From: Candidatus Latescibacterota bacterium
Lineage (GTDB): Bacteria > Latescibacterota > UBA2968 > UBA8231
DNA: 64,000 nucleotides
Assembly: GCA_965215195.1 (NCBI GenBank)
Contig: CBDCDC010000001.1
Location: 928,001 to 992,000 of the forward strand
Direction: 5' to 3'
Under the pieces are notes generated by a model. It was not told where the DNA came from. It searched no databases and saw only the letters and a program-made list of their open reading frames with translations. This document shows positions 25,978-36,410 of the stretch, piece by piece; positions within the stretch are counted from its first letter, which is position 1; every line of letters starts with the position of its first letter. The translations under genes and the position numbers were made by a program.

Positions 25978-27119
25978 CCGAGGCAAGCGCAGTGCCGCGA
26001 CAGGCCCTGATGAGCCAAGTGCAGCGGCTGGTGGTCAAAATTGGCAGCAGCGCTCTGACCACTCGGTGTCACAAGATCGACGATGAGGTCGTCGCACAGC
26101 TCGTCGAAGACGTGGGAAAACTGCGCTCACAGGGCCTGGAGGTGGCAATCGTCACCTCGGGCGCGGTGGCCGCGGGCATGGGGCGGATGGCGTTGGACAA
26201 ACGCCCGGACAACATCGCCCAACTACAAGCCCTCGCGGCCATTGGCCAAGTCCTGTTGATGGATATCTACAAGGACGAGTTCCACCGCCGCGGCGTGCCC
26301 ATCGGCCAAGTGCTCTTAACCGCCGAGGACATCCTCGGCGACCGCCATCGCTACGTAAATCTCGAAAACACTTTCCTCAACCTCTTTGCCTACGGGGCCG
26401 TGCCCCTAATCAACGAAAACGACAGCGTCGCCGTTGCCGAGCTCCGGCGCCAGCTCGGGGAAAACGACATGCTCGCCGCTTATGTGACCAATCTGATCCG
26501 GGCGGATATGCTGGTCATTTTCTCGGATGTCGAGGGGCTTTACCACGCCTTTGGCCCACGCGGCCCCGAAGGCAAACTAGTGGGGCAAGTGACTCAAAAC
26601 AGCCTCGACTTAGAGGGGATGATTGGTCGCTCGCTCAACGGGCGCGGCCGCGGCGGCATGGCGACTAAGCTGCGAGCCGCGCGGCTCTTGATGGCCTGCG
26701 GCGAAATGGCAGTCATCGCGCACGGGCGCAAACACCGACTGCGCCACATCCTCGCCGGCCGCGAGCAGGGGACGCTCTTTCTGCCGACCGGCCGCAAGCT
26801 CAACAGCCGGCATCGCTGGATCGGCTTTGCCGGCCAGTGCCGCGGCAGCGCGGTGATCGACCGCGGTGCCCAACGCGCCATCGCCGAGCAGGACAAGAGC
26901 CTGCTCCCGGTGGGGGTCGTCTCCTGCGAGGGCGAATTTGCTGCTGGCGACGTGGTGCAGGTGGTCGGCGAGCGCGGCGAGAAGCTGGGGCGGGGCTTGT
27001 GCCGCTACTCGGCCTCTGAGTTGCGCCGCATATTAGGCATGAGCTCGTCCGCGGTCGCAAGCGCGCTGGGCCGCCCCGCCCGCGAAGTCATCCACCGCGA
27101 CGATCTCGTCTTATTCTAA
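25974..27119 (+). CDS. proB: Glutamate 5-kinase
   Basis: VVKIGSS, VTSGAV, INEND, GGMATK motifs and C-terminal PUA domain ending VIHRDDL. Confidence 0.95.
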   Translation: MTEASAVPRQALMSQVQRLVVKIGSSALTTRCHKIDDEVVAQLVEDVGKLRSQGLEVAIVTSGAVAAGMGRMALDKRPDNIAQLQALAAIGQVLLMDIYKDEFHRRGVPIGQVLLTAEDILGDRHRYVNLENTFLNLFAYGAVPLINENDSVAVAELRRQLGENDMLAAYVTNLIRADMLVIFSDVEGLYHAFGPRGPEGKLVGQVTQNSLDLEGMIGRSLNGRGRGGMATKLRAARLLMACGEMAVIAHGRKHRLRHILAGREQGTLFLPTGRKLNSRHRWIGFAGQCRGSAVIDRGAQRAIAEQDKSLLPVGVVSCEGEFAAGDVVQVVGERGEKLGRGLCRYSASELRRILGMSSSAVASALGRPAREVIHRDDLVLF

Positions 27120-27126
27120 AATCGAC

Positions 27127-27408
27127 GTGCCTAAAACGGCCAAAATTTTGCTGATCGCCTTCCTCGCCCTGGTGGCTTACGTGGCCTTTGGCAACGGATT
27201 GTTCTACAAAGTGTGGCAGAAAGAGAAAACCCTAACGGAACTCGAAGCGCAGGTGCGACAACTACAGGCCGGGAACGACAGTTTGCGCCAAGTGATAAAA
27301 CTGCTCGAAGGCGACATTGATTTCATCGAAAGGGTCGCACGCGAAGATCTCGGCTTAGTCAAACCGGGCGAAGTGGTCATCCCCCTGCCGGTGGAAGAGG
27401 GCGAGTGA
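27127..27408 (+). CDS. ftsB: Septum formation initiator FtsB/DivIC
   Basis: N-terminal TM, coiled coil, and IERVAREDLGLVKPGE. Confidence 0.85.
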   Translation: MPKTAKILLIAFLALVAYVAFGNGLFYKVWQKEKTLTELEAQVRQLQAGNDSLRQVIKLLEGDIDFIERVAREDLGLVKPGEVVIPLPVEEGE

Positions 27409-27412
27409 CGCT

Positions 27413-28192
27413 GTGCCGCGCACTATCGTCAAAACGCGCGCCATCGTGCTGCGCGCCATGCGCATGGGCGAGACCAGCAGCCTAGTGACGTTGTACGCTC
27501 AGGAGTGCGGCAAGCTCAAGGCCATGGCCCGGGGTGCCCGCAAGCCCAAGAGCCGGTTCGGTGCCGCGCTCGGCCTGATGACTGAGGTCCAAGCCGTGTG
27601 CTACGTCAAAGAAACTCGCGACTTGCAAACCCTGAGCGAATGCACCCTGCTCAAACCAGCGCCCAACCTAGCGCAGAGCCTAGAGCGACTTTCCTTTGGC
27701 AGCGCGGCCTGCGAGTTGGTCGACCGCCTGACGATCGAGGGCGAGGGCAACCCCCGGCTCTACCAGTGCCTATCCGGGGTGTTGCACGGCCTTGCCGAAG
27801 TAGAGCCAGAGCAGGTCGAATCCCTGTTTTGGTACTTCCAGTTGCGCGCCGCGGCCGCCCTCGGCTACCGCCCGGAGCTGCGCCACTGCATTACCTGCCA
27901 ACGCGAGCTAGTCAGTCCCTCGTCGTGGTTCAGCACGGCCCTAGGAGGCAGCCTGTGTGCCGCCTGTGGACCCGGAAACGGAATGCGCTTAGCCCAGCGC
28001 AGCTTGCGCTTTCTCGCCCTCCTCCAGGGTCTTAGGACCTACAGCAAGGAGGTACTCCCCCAAGCCCCTGCTCAGCGCGGCGAGATCCGCATGGCTTTGC
28101 GCGGCTTTCTAGAGTACCACGGAGGCGAGCACAGCCGGCTCAAATCGCTCGACTTTCTCGATGGCCTCAACCGGGCCGCCTTACCCGCCTAA
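27413..28192 (+). CDS. recO: DNA repair protein RecO
   Basis: AIVLR...GETS..V.L....GK...ARGARKPKSRF and zinc finger GYRPEL..C..C...C..C. Confidence 0.93.
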   Translation: MPRTIVKTRAIVLRAMRMGETSSLVTLYAQECGKLKAMARGARKPKSRFGAALGLMTEVQAVCYVKETRDLQTLSECTLLKPAPNLAQSLERLSFGSAACELVDRLTIEGEGNPRLYQCLSGVLHGLAEVEPEQVESLFWYFQLRAAAALGYRPELRHCITCQRELVSPSSWFSTALGGSLCAACGPGNGMRLAQRSLRFLALLQGLRTYSKEVLPQAPAQRGEIRMALRGFLEYHGGEHSRLKSLDFLDGLNRAALPA

Positions 28193-28208
28193 CTTATTGG
28201 AGATTTTC

Positions 28209-29582
28209 ATGTCCGACGACGCAATGGAAAAACTAGTATCCCTGTGCAAGCGCAAAGGCTTCATCTTCCAAAGCTCAGAAATCTACGGCGGCCTCAACGG
28301 CTGCTGGGATTACGGCCCTTTGGGCGTTGAGTTGTTGCGCAACATCAAAGATGCCTGGTGGAGAGCCATGACCTACCGAGAGGACCTAGAGGGCATTGAC
28401 GCCAGCATCCTCATGAATCAGCGGGTGTGGGAGGCATCGGGCCACGTCGATAGCTTTACCGACCCCATGGTCGAAGATCGCAAGACCAACGAGCGCTTTC
28501 GGCTCGACCAGCTCCTCGAAGAAAACGGCATTGACGCAGCGGGCCTGAGCGCCGCGGAGATGGGTGCGCTGCTGCGCGAGCGCAACATCAAGAGCCCCAA
28601 GGGCAACGAACTGAGCGACCCGCGGCAATTCAACCTGATGTTCAAGACCTTTGTCGGTCCGCTCGAAGACGACAGTGCGCGGGTCTTTCTCCGCCCGGAG
28701 ACAGCGCAGGGCATTTTCGTCAACTACCTCAACGTGCAGGCGGCCACGCGCCAGAAGCTGCCCTTTGGCATCGCCCAGATCGGCAAGGCATTCCGCAACG
28801 AGATCAACACCAAGAACTTCCTCTTTCGCACTCGGGAATTCGAGCAGATGGAGATGCAGTACTTCGTCGCGCCCGGCACCCAAGACGAGTGGTTCGACTA
28901 TTGGCGCGAGGAACGCTGGAAGTGGTTCGCGCACATCGGCCTGCCCGAGCGCAAGCTGAGCTGGCGCGAACACCAAGGCGACGAACTGGCCCACTATGCT
29001 CGCGCTGCCTTCGACATCCAGTACGAGTTTCCCTTTGGTCCGGGCGAGATCGAGGGCATCCACAATCGCGGCGACTACGACCTGTCGCAGCACGAAAAAT
29101 TCTCGGGCAAACAGCTCAAGTACTTCGACGAGGAGCAACGCACAAAGTTCGTGCCCTACGTAGTAGAGACCTCAATAGGGGCTAGCCGCACGCTAATGGC
29201 CTGCTTAGTCGAGGCATACCACGAGGAAGAGGTCCGCGGCGAGACCCGGGTGGTGATGCGCTTGCACCCGCGCATTGCGCCGATCAAAGCGGCGGTATTG
29301 CCCCTCGTCAAGCGCGACGGCATGCCTGCCATCGCCCGGCAAATTGCCGCGGGTCTCCGGCCTTACATGCGGGTTTTTTACGACGAGGGCGGCGCGATTG
29401 GCCGCCGCTATCGGCGCATGGACGAGGTGGGGACGCCGTTCTGCCTAACGGTCGATTCGGACACCTTAGCGGATCAGACCGTCACCGTGCGCGCTCGCGA
29501 CACCATGGCCCAAGAGCGAGTGCCCATAGCCGAGCTGCGCGCCCACCTCGAGAGCTGCATGGACGCTTGGCAAATCCCTTGA
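28209..29582 (+). CDS. glyQS: Glycine-tRNA ligase (homodimeric, eukaryote/archaea-like type)
   Basis: SSEIYGG...WDYGPLG, FNLMF.T, LRPETAQGIF, FRTREFEQME and IGRRYRR.DE.GTP motifs. Confidence 0.96.
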   Translation: MSDDAMEKLVSLCKRKGFIFQSSEIYGGLNGCWDYGPLGVELLRNIKDAWWRAMTYREDLEGIDASILMNQRVWEASGHVDSFTDPMVEDRKTNERFRLDQLLEENGIDAAGLSAAEMGALLRERNIKSPKGNELSDPRQFNLMFKTFVGPLEDDSARVFLRPETAQGIFVNYLNVQAATRQKLPFGIAQIGKAFRNEINTKNFLFRTREFEQMEMQYFVAPGTQDEWFDYWREERWKWFAHIGLPERKLSWREHQGDELAHYARAAFDIQYEFPFGPGEIEGIHNRGDYDLSQHEKFSGKQLKYFDEEQRTKFVPYVVETSIGASRTLMACLVEAYHEEEVRGETRVVMRLHPRIAPIKAAVLPLVKRDGMPAIARQIAAGLRPYMRVFYDEGGAIGRRYRRMDEVGTPFCLTVDSDTLADQTVTVRARDTMAQERVPIAELRAHLESCMDAWQIP

Positions 29583-29608
29583 CCCAGTAGCGTAAATCCT
29601 GATATTAT
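29579..29608 (+). promoter_or_regulatory. Candidate promoter of the tRNA-Leu/tig operon
   Basis: TTGACC-N18-TATTAT followed by a GC-rich discriminator-like stretch. Confidence 0.4.
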
Positions 29609-29654
29609 CCTGCGCGCTTGGGATACAACCTTCCCTAGGCGCAAATTCCAATAT

Positions 29655-29741
29655 GCGAAAGTGGCGGAACTGGTAGACGCGCTAGATTTAGGATCTAGTG
29701 CCCGCAAGGGCATGGGGGTTCGAGTCCCCCCTTTCGCACCA
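29655..29741 (+). tRNA. tRNA-Leu (anticodon TAG)
   Basis: GCGAAAG/CTTTCGC acceptor stem, D-loop GGAACTGGTAGAC, anticodon arm CTAGA-TTTAGGA-TCTAG, long variable arm, GGTTCGAGTCC T-loop and encoded CCA. Confidence 0.97.
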
Positions 29742-29804
29742 TGAATAAACGAGCGCACTGCCTGCGATCCGGTGGTACGCCCTAACCTTGTAGAGTTGCG
29801 TTTC

Positions 29805-31040
29805 GTGAAGACTCATGTCACAGAGAAGGGCCAATGGGTACGCGAGCTAGCCGTTGAAGTCGAGGCTGCGCGCATCGACACCGCCTTCAATAAGGCACTG
29901 CGTCGATACCAAAAGCGGCTGGAGATCCCGGGCTTCCGCAAGGGCAAAGTGCCGCTCAGGATCGTGGAGGCGCGCTTTGGCAGTCCCATTCTCAGCGAAG
30001 TCCTCGACGATCTCCTCCCTTCGCTCCTAAAAGAAGCCATGCGCGAAGCGGGCCTGCGGCCGGCCTCGCAGCCCAAAATCTCCCAGCTCAACTACGAGCC
30101 GGGGGGAAACCTGACGTTCACGGCGGATCTTGACATCTGGCCGGAAATCAAAGCCGAGCACTACGAAAAGCTCGCTGCCACCCGCATGGTTCACGAGGTG
30201 GCCGACGAGGAAATCGGCGAACACCTAGAGAACCTGCGCCGCCGCCACGCCACCGAGCGAGTCGTCGAGCGGCCGGTGGCCAAGGGCGACGTGCTCGTGG
30301 CGGATTTGCAGCGGCTCGACGACAGCGGCCTGCCCATCATTGGCGACAAGTACGAGAAGCGCCACATCCTCATCGGCGACGAGGACGCCCTCAGTCCCGA
30401 GTTTGAAGACGCCCTCGTCGGCATGGGGGCCGGCGACGAGCGCAAGGTCCGCTTCGCCTACCGACAGGACCTGCCCGACCAACAGCTCGCCGGCCAGACC
30501 ACGCATTTCGCAGTGGCAGCCCACGAGGTGCGCGAGCGCACCCTGCCCGAGCTCGACGACGAGTTCGCCAAGGACCTCGGCGAACCGTTCCAGACCCTCG
30601 ACGACTTGCGCCGGCACCTCGGCGGGCAGATCCGACAGCACTGGGAATACATGGCCCAGCAGCGCCTGCGCAGCGAACTAATCGACCAGCTCATCGAAAA
30701 AAACGACTTCGAGCTGCCCGAGAGCATGGTCGATAGCTACCTCGACTCGCTCGAGCAGGAGCAGGCCGATCACGACCACGACTACAGCCATAGCGACGAA
30801 GAGCGCGCCCAAGCCACGCGCCAGCTCAAGAGCTATCTGCTGCTCGAAAGTGTGCGCCAACAAGCCGGGGTCGAAGCGACGGACGCGGAGTTTGCCCAAT
30901 TCGCGGCCGAGCGCGCCGCCTTAGCCGGCGTCCCGGTTGCCGACTTGCAGGATGACGAGGAGTTGCGGCGCGAGTTGGAAGACCAAAAGGTCTTTGAGTT
31001 GCTCATTGCCAAAGCCAAAATCAAAGAGGAAAAGGTATAA
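29805..31040 (+). CDS. tig: Trigger factor
   Basis: IPGFRKGKVP ribosome-binding motif and LPELDDEFAK; sits upstream of clpPX. Confidence 0.95.
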   Translation: MKTHVTEKGQWVRELAVEVEAARIDTAFNKALRRYQKRLEIPGFRKGKVPLRIVEARFGSPILSEVLDDLLPSLLKEAMREAGLRPASQPKISQLNYEPGGNLTFTADLDIWPEIKAEHYEKLAATRMVHEVADEEIGEHLENLRRRHATERVVERPVAKGDVLVADLQRLDDSGLPIIGDKYEKRHILIGDEDALSPEFEDALVGMGAGDERKVRFAYRQDLPDQQLAGQTTHFAVAAHEVRERTLPELDDEFAKDLGEPFQTLDDLRRHLGGQIRQHWEYMAQQRLRSELIDQLIEKNDFELPESMVDSYLDSLEQEQADHDHDYSHSDEERAQATRQLKSYLLLESVRQQAGVEATDAEFAQFAAERAALAGVPVADLQDDEELRRELEDQKVFELLIAKAKIKEEKV

Positions 31041-31043
31041 GTC

Positions 31044-31652
31044 ATGTCCCTGATTCCAATGGTCATCGAACAGACGGGCCGCGGAGAACGCTCTTATGAT
31101 ATCTACTCGCGGCTACTCAAGGACCGCATCATTTTCGTGGGCACTCCCATCAACGACTCAATCGCCAACCTCGTCATCGCCCAGATGCTCTTTCTCGCTT
31201 CTGAAGATCCCAAAAAGGACATCGCGCTCTATCTCAATACCCCCGGCGGCCTGATCTCGGCGGGCATGGCTATCTACGACACCATGCAATACGTGGCCTC
31301 CGACATCGCCACAATCTGCATCGGCCAAGCATCCAGCATGGGAGCTGTGCTGTTGGCCGGCGGCACCAAGGGCAAGCGCCAAGCCCTGCCCAATGCCCGC
31401 GTCTTGCTGCACCAGCCCATGGGCGGGATCGGCGGCCAAGCGGCCGACGTGGAGATCCACGCCCGCGAGATCATCGCCATGCGCCAGCAGATCAACGAGG
31501 TCCTAGTCGAGTGTACCGAGCAGCCGCTGGAGCGCATTGAGCGCGACACCGAGCGCGACTTCTTCATGTCGGCCGCAGATGCCGTCGAATACGGCATCAT
31601 CGACGAGATTATCGCTCCATCTCGCGTCGAGGTCGCCCCTTCCTCAAGATAG
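31044..31652 (+). CDS. clpP: ATP-dependent Clp protease proteolytic subunit
   Basis: [28 protein letters not shown] and RDFFMSA motifs. Confidence 0.97.
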   Translation: MSLIPMVIEQTGRGERSYDIYSRLLKDRIIFVGTPINDSIANLVIAQMLFLASEDPKKDIALYLNTPGGLISAGMAIYDTMQYVASDIATICIGQASSMGAVLLAGGTKGKRQALPNARVLLHQPMGGIGGQAADVEIHAREIIAMRQQINEVLVECTEQPLERIERDTERDFFMSAADAVEYGIIDEIIAPSRVEVAPSSR

Positions 31653-31661
31653 GAGCCTGTT

Positions 31662-32912
31662 TTGCGTCGCCGGCCCCCCAAAAGCGATCCGCGCTGCTCG
31701 TTCTGCGGGCGCAGTGACCACCAAGTTGACAAGATCATAACCGGCCCCCAGGTCTATATCTGCAACGAGTGCGTCAAGCTGTGCAACGACGTACTGGCCG
31801 AGGAGCGGCAAAAGACCCTCCCCTGGGAGAGAGCAGAGATGCCCAAGCCGACCCAAATCAAGGATTTTCTCGACGAATACGTGATCGCCCAAGAGCGGGC
31901 CAAGAAAATCCTCGCGGTCGCCGTGTACAACCACTACAAGCGCATTCGCACCAAAGTCGCCTTGGACGAGGTAGCGCTCGAGAAAAGCAACGTAATGCTC
32001 ATCGGCCCCACCGGCACCGGCAAGACCGAGCTGGCCAAAACCCTCGCCAAATTCCTGCAAGTCCCCTTCTCCATTGCCGACGCCACCATTCTCACCGAGG
32101 CCGGCTACGTAGGCGAGGACGTGGAGAACATCCTCGTGGGTCTTTTGCAAGCGGCCGACTACGACGTGCCCCGCGCCGAAAAGGGCATCCTCTATCTCGA
32201 CGAGGTCGACAAAATAGCCCGCAAGAGTGCCACGCCTTCGGTCGGCCGCGACGTGTCGGGCGAGGGCGTGCAGCAAGCACTGCTCAAAATTTTGGAGGGC
32301 ACCACCGCCAACATCCCGCCCAAGGGGGGCCGCAAGCACCCCGAGCAGCCCATGATCCAGATGGACACCCGCAACATCCTCTTCGTCTGCGGCGGGGCCT
32401 TCGAGGGGCTAGACAAGGTCATCAGCCAACGAGTCGGCAAGCGCACCATGGGCTTTGGGGCCGATGGCGACGATGAGCACCACTCCGACGCCCCAGACGT
32501 ATTGCCGCTGGTGCAGCCCGAAGATCTGCTGGCCTACGGCATGATCCCCGAATTTGTCGGCCGCGTACCGGTAATCACCACCATGGACGCGCTCGCCGAG
32601 GACGACTTGTTCCGCATCCTCACCGAGCCGCACGACGCCATCATCAAGCAGTTGCAGCGACTCTTCGCCATGGACGGGGTCGAGGTCGAATTCACCGAGG
32701 AAGCCCTGCGCAAGATAGTGGCCCTGACCGTTCACAAGGGCACGGGGGCCCGCGGCCTGCGCTCCGTCTTAGAGCAGGCCATGATGGACATCATGTTCGA
32801 CATTCCCTCTCAGGAGGGCGTGACGCGCCTGCAAATTACGGGCGAGATGATCGAGCGCGGGATCGCGCAGTACAGCAGCGAAGACGAAGAGATGCGGCGC
32901 AAACGCGCCTAA
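31662..32912 (+). CDS. clpX: Clp protease ATP-binding subunit ClpX
   Basis: CSFCG zinc-binding domain, [26 protein letters not shown] and GARGLR motifs. Confidence 0.97.
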   Translation: MRRRPPKSDPRCSFCGRSDHQVDKIITGPQVYICNECVKLCNDVLAEERQKTLPWERAEMPKPTQIKDFLDEYVIAQERAKKILAVAVYNHYKRIRTKVALDEVALEKSNVMLIGPTGTGKTELAKTLAKFLQVPFSIADATILTEAGYVGEDVENILVGLLQAADYDVPRAEKGILYLDEVDKIARKSATPSVGRDVSGEGVQQALLKILEGTTANIPPKGGRKHPEQPMIQMDTRNILFVCGGAFEGLDKVISQRVGKRTMGFGADGDDEHHSDAPDVLPLVQPEDLLAYGMIPEFVGRVPVITTMDALAEDDLFRILTEPHDAIIKQLQRLFAMDGVEVEFTEEALRKIVALTVHKGTGARGLRSVLEQAMMDIMFDIPSQEGVTRLQITGEMIERGIAQYSSEDEEMRRKRA

Positions 32913-32928
32913 TCTCCGAGCACCGGCC

Positions 32929-33522
32929 ATGCGCTTTTCCTCTGTCGAATTCAAAATTGGCGCTGTCCGCACGGCCGATCTGCCCACGGATGGCTTGCCC
33001 GAAATCGCCTTAGTGGGCCGCTCCAACGTCGGCAAGTCTTCCCTGATCAACAGGTTGGTGCAGCGCAAGAAGCTGGCGCGCACCAGCACCGTGCCCGGCA
33101 AGACCCAGCAGTTGAACTACTATCTGGCCAACGAGCGGTTCTACTTGGTCGATCTGCCCGGCTACGGGTACGTGCGCGGCGGCGTGGGCTTGCGCTTGCA
33201 GCTCGGCCAGCTCATCCGCAGCTACATGACCAACCGCGCGGCCTTGTGCGCGGTGTTGCAGCTCGTCGATGCCCGGCGCGGCCCCACCGATTTGGATCGG
33301 CAGATGATCGACGAATTGCGCGCGCTCGACAAGCCCTTCCTCTTGGTCTTTACCAAAGCGGACAAACTGTCGCGCAACAAGCTGCAACGCTTATTCGACC
33401 AGCTCAATGACCAAGGATCGCTCGCCGGCCTTTCCTTTGTGTCCTTCTCGGCGGTTGACGGCCGCGGGCGGAACGACATTACCGGGTGGATCGCCGAGTC
33501 GCTAGTCAGCACCGCAGCCTAA
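32929..33522 (+). CDS. engB: Ribosome biogenesis GTPase YihA/YsxC
   Basis: GRSNVGKSS, PGKT, DLPGYG and TKADK motifs. Confidence 0.95.
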   Translation: MRFSSVEFKIGAVRTADLPTDGLPEIALVGRSNVGKSSLINRLVQRKKLARTSTVPGKTQQLNYYLANERFYLVDLPGYGYVRGGVGLRLQLGQLIRSYMTNRAALCAVLQLVDARRGPTDLDRQMIDELRALDKPFLLVFTKADKLSRNKLQRLFDQLNDQGSLAGLSFVSFSAVDGRGRNDITGWIAESLVSTAA

Positions 33523-33530
33523 AGAAGCCT

Positions 33531-35111
33531 ATGAAAGTACTGATCAGCGACAAGATGGACCCCCGCTGCGTCGAGATCCTCGAAGCCAACGACGGGATTG
33601 CAGTTGACGTGCGCAGTGGGTTGTCGCCGAGCGCGCTCCTAGACTGCATTGGCGCCTACGAGGGACTCGTCGTGCGCAGCGCGACCAAGGTGCCGGCCGA
33701 AGTGCTCGCGGCCGCGCCGCGTCTGCGGGTCATTGGCCGCGCCGGCACGGGCTTCGACAACATCGACGTAGAGGCGGCAACGCGCCACGGCGTCATCGTC
33801 ATGAACACCCCGGGCGGCAATTCCCTATCGACCGCCGAGCACACCTTCGCGCTCATAGCCTCGCTTGCGCGGCACATCCCACAGGCGACAGCCTCGCTTA
33901 AAAAGGGGCTGTGGGAACGGAGCCAATTCGTCGGCGTTGAGCTGGCGGGCAAGACCCTCGCCGTGGTCGGCTTGGGCCGAGTGGGGAGGGAAGTGGCCGC
34001 ACGTGCGACAGCTTTTCACATGCAGGTTCTCGGCTACGATCCCTACATTGGCCAAGAGGTCGCCCTCGCCTGCGGCGCACATCTGGCGTCCCTCGACGAG
34101 CTCTACGCTACCGCTGATTTTATTACCGTCCACACCCATCTCAGCGACCAGACCCGGCACCTGATTTCCGACGCCGAGATCGCCCAGTGCAAAGACGGGG
34201 TCTATCTAATCAACTGCGCCCGCGGCGGCATCATCGACGAGGCCGCCCTCCTGCGCGGCTTGAACTCGGGCAAGGTCGCCGGTGCCGCCTTAGACGTCTT
34301 TGAGGAGGAGCCACCGACCCTCGCGGATCTCTTGGTTGACGACCGCGTGATCTGTACGCCGCACTTGGCGGCCTCCACCAAGGAAGCCCAAGCCAACGTC
34401 GCCTTACAGGTAGCCGAGCAGGTCGGCGACGCCCTGACGGGCCGCGTCATTCGCAACGCAGTCAACGCCCCCTCGCTCGATCCCGAAATCCACGCCAAGC
34501 TACAGCCCTATCTCGTGCTGGCCGAGCGGTTGGGGCGACTGCAAGCCCAACTCGGCGAGGGACAGCTAGAGCGCATCACCATCGAATACCAAGGCGACGT
34601 CACCGCCTACCCGACCTCGCCCCTGACTTCAGCCGTGCTCGAGGGCATTATGGAGACCGTCTCGGACGCGGCCGTCAATGTGGTCAACGCGCTGCTTTTC
34701 GCCCAAGAGCGCGGCGTACAAGTCGATGAGCGGCTCAGCAGCGAGCACGAGGACTACGCCAGTCTCATCACCGTGGTATACCATACCAACAAGGGGCAGC
34801 GCCTGCTCGCCGGGACGCTCTTCGGCAAGAGCGACCCGCGCCTCGTGCGCCTCGACGAGTACAGCTTCGACGCCGTTCCAGAGGGGCACATGCTCTTTTA
34901 CATCAACGACGATGTCCCGGGCATCATCGGCCAAATCGGCACGGTCATGGGCAGCCACGAGGTCAACATCGCCCAAATGTCGTGCGGGCGTCGCCAAATG
35001 GGCGGCCAAGCCCTGACCATCCTCAACGTCGATGACCCGATCACCACCGACATAGTTGACGATATTCTCTCTCGGGAGTACATCTCCTGGGCCAAACAAG
35101 TCAGTCTTTAA
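33531..35111 (+). CDS. serA: D-3-phosphoglycerate dehydrogenase
   Basis: VRSATKV, GRAGTG.DNID, NCARGG and TPHLAAST motifs with ASB and ACT domains. Confidence 0.95.
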   Translation: MKVLISDKMDPRCVEILEANDGIAVDVRSGLSPSALLDCIGAYEGLVVRSATKVPAEVLAAAPRLRVIGRAGTGFDNIDVEAATRHGVIVMNTPGGNSLSTAEHTFALIASLARHIPQATASLKKGLWERSQFVGVELAGKTLAVVGLGRVGREVAARATAFHMQVLGYDPYIGQEVALACGAHLASLDELYATADFITVHTHLSDQTRHLISDAEIAQCKDGVYLINCARGGIIDEAALLRGLNSGKVAGAALDVFEEEPPTLADLLVDDRVICTPHLAASTKEAQANVALQVAEQVGDALTGRVIRNAVNAPSLDPEIHAKLQPYLVLAERLGRLQAQLGEGQLERITIEYQGDVTAYPTSPLTSAVLEGIMETVSDAAVNVVNALLFAQERGVQVDERLSSEHEDYASLITVVYHTNKGQRLLAGTLFGKSDPRLVRLDEYSFDAVPEGHMLFYINDDVPGIIGQIGTVMGSHEVNIAQMSCGRRQMGGQALTILNVDDPITTDIVDDILSREYISWAKQVSL

Positions 35112-35126
35112 GCACGGGAGTACGCA

Positions 35127-36407
35127 ATGCCAGCGAAAATAGTATTAGGAGCGCAGTGGGGAGACGAGGCCAAGGCCAAGGTCGTCGATTACCTCGCGTC
35201 CGCAGCCGACGTGGTGGTGCGCTATCAGGGCGGGGCCAACGCCGGCCACACGGTCGTCGTCGGCTCCACCAAGTTCGTCTTCCACATCATTCCTTCGGGC
35301 ATCTTGCACGAGGGCAAAATCTGCGTGGTGGGCAACGGAGTGGTCGTCGATCCAGCCACCATGCTCGACGAGATCGCCGCGCTGGAGGCCAAGGGCTTTT
35401 CAGTGGCCGGCCGCTTCTTCGTCAGCCAAGTTGCCCACGTCGTAATGCCCTACCACAAGGTCTTGGAAAAGGCCGGGGAAGAGAGCGAAAACGGCGTCGC
35501 CATCGGCACGACCGGGCGCGGCATTGGCCCGGCTTACCGCGACAAAGCCGAGCGCAGCCACGGGGTGCGCGTCATGGATTTGTGCGACCCGGCGCGTTTG
35601 CGCGACAAGCTCCGGGCCAGCATCCGCGCCAAAAACGAAATCCTAACCAAGGTCTTCGGCCAAGAGCCGCTGGAGGCCGGCCCCATCATTGACGCGTACA
35701 TCAGCTACGGCGAGCGGTTCGCCCCATACATCGCCGACACCTCGGTCCTGCTCAACCAAGCCCTCGACCAAGGCCAAACCGTCCTCTGCGAAGGGGCGCA
35801 AGGGACCTTGCTCGACATCGACCACGGCACCTATCCCTACGTCACCTCCTCAAACACCACCGCGGGCGGGGCCTGCACCGGCACTGGCATCGGCCCCACG
35901 CGGATAGCCGAGGTAGTAGGCGTGGCCAAAGCGTACACCACGCGAGTGGGCAACGGGCCTTTTCCCACCGAGTTGTTGGGGGAAGAAGGCGAGCGTTTGC
36001 GCGCCTTGGGCCGCGAGTTCGGGGCCACTACCGGCCGGGCGCGGCGCTGCGGTTGGTTTGACGCCGCCATCTTGCGAGTCGCGGCCCGCATCAACGGCCT
36101 GACCAGTATCGCCCTGACCCGGCTCGACGTACTCGACCAATGCGACCGCCTCAAATTGGGCATTGGCTACCGCTGCGGCGACCAAGTGCTGGAGGAATTC
36201 CCCGCCGACCCGCAGGTACTCGACCAATGCGAGCCGATTTACGAAGAAATGGCCGGTTGGTGCGCTCCGACTACGGCCGCCCGCTGTTTCGACGATCTGC
36301 CGCCGCAAGCGCAGGCTTACGTGGAGCGGATCGCCGAGCTGGGCCGAGTGCCGGTCTCCCTGATTTCCGTAGGGCCGGAGCGCGAAGCCACCATCCCCCT
36401 CGCCTGA
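35127..36407 (+). CDS. purA: Adenylosuccinate synthase
   Basis: GAQWGDEAKAK, GGANAGHT, IGTTGRGIGPAY, EGAQG and TTGR.RRCGW motifs. Confidence 0.97.
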   Translation: MPAKIVLGAQWGDEAKAKVVDYLASAADVVVRYQGGANAGHTVVVGSTKFVFHIIPSGILHEGKICVVGNGVVVDPATMLDEIAALEAKGFSVAGRFFVSQVAHVVMPYHKVLEKAGEESENGVAIGTTGRGIGPAYRDKAERSHGVRVMDLCDPARLRDKLRASIRAKNEILTKVFGQEPLEAGPIIDAYISYGERFAPYIADTSVLLNQALDQGQTVLCEGAQGTLLDIDHGTYPYVTSSNTTAGGACTGTGIGPTRIAEVVGVAKAYTTRVGNGPFPTELLGEEGERLRALGREFGATTGRARRCGWFDAAILRVAARINGLTSIALTRLDVLDQCDRLKLGIGYRCGDQVLEEFPADPQVLDQCEPIYEEMAGWCAPTTAARCFDDLPPQAQAYVERIAELGRVPVSLISVGPEREATIPLA

Positions 36408-36410
36408 GCC

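Noticed and set aside
29655-29741. tRNA-Leu as a possible integration site
   Set aside because: Followed directly by tig-clpP-clpX in the usual arrangement; no integrase and no duplicated tRNA 3' end noticed.
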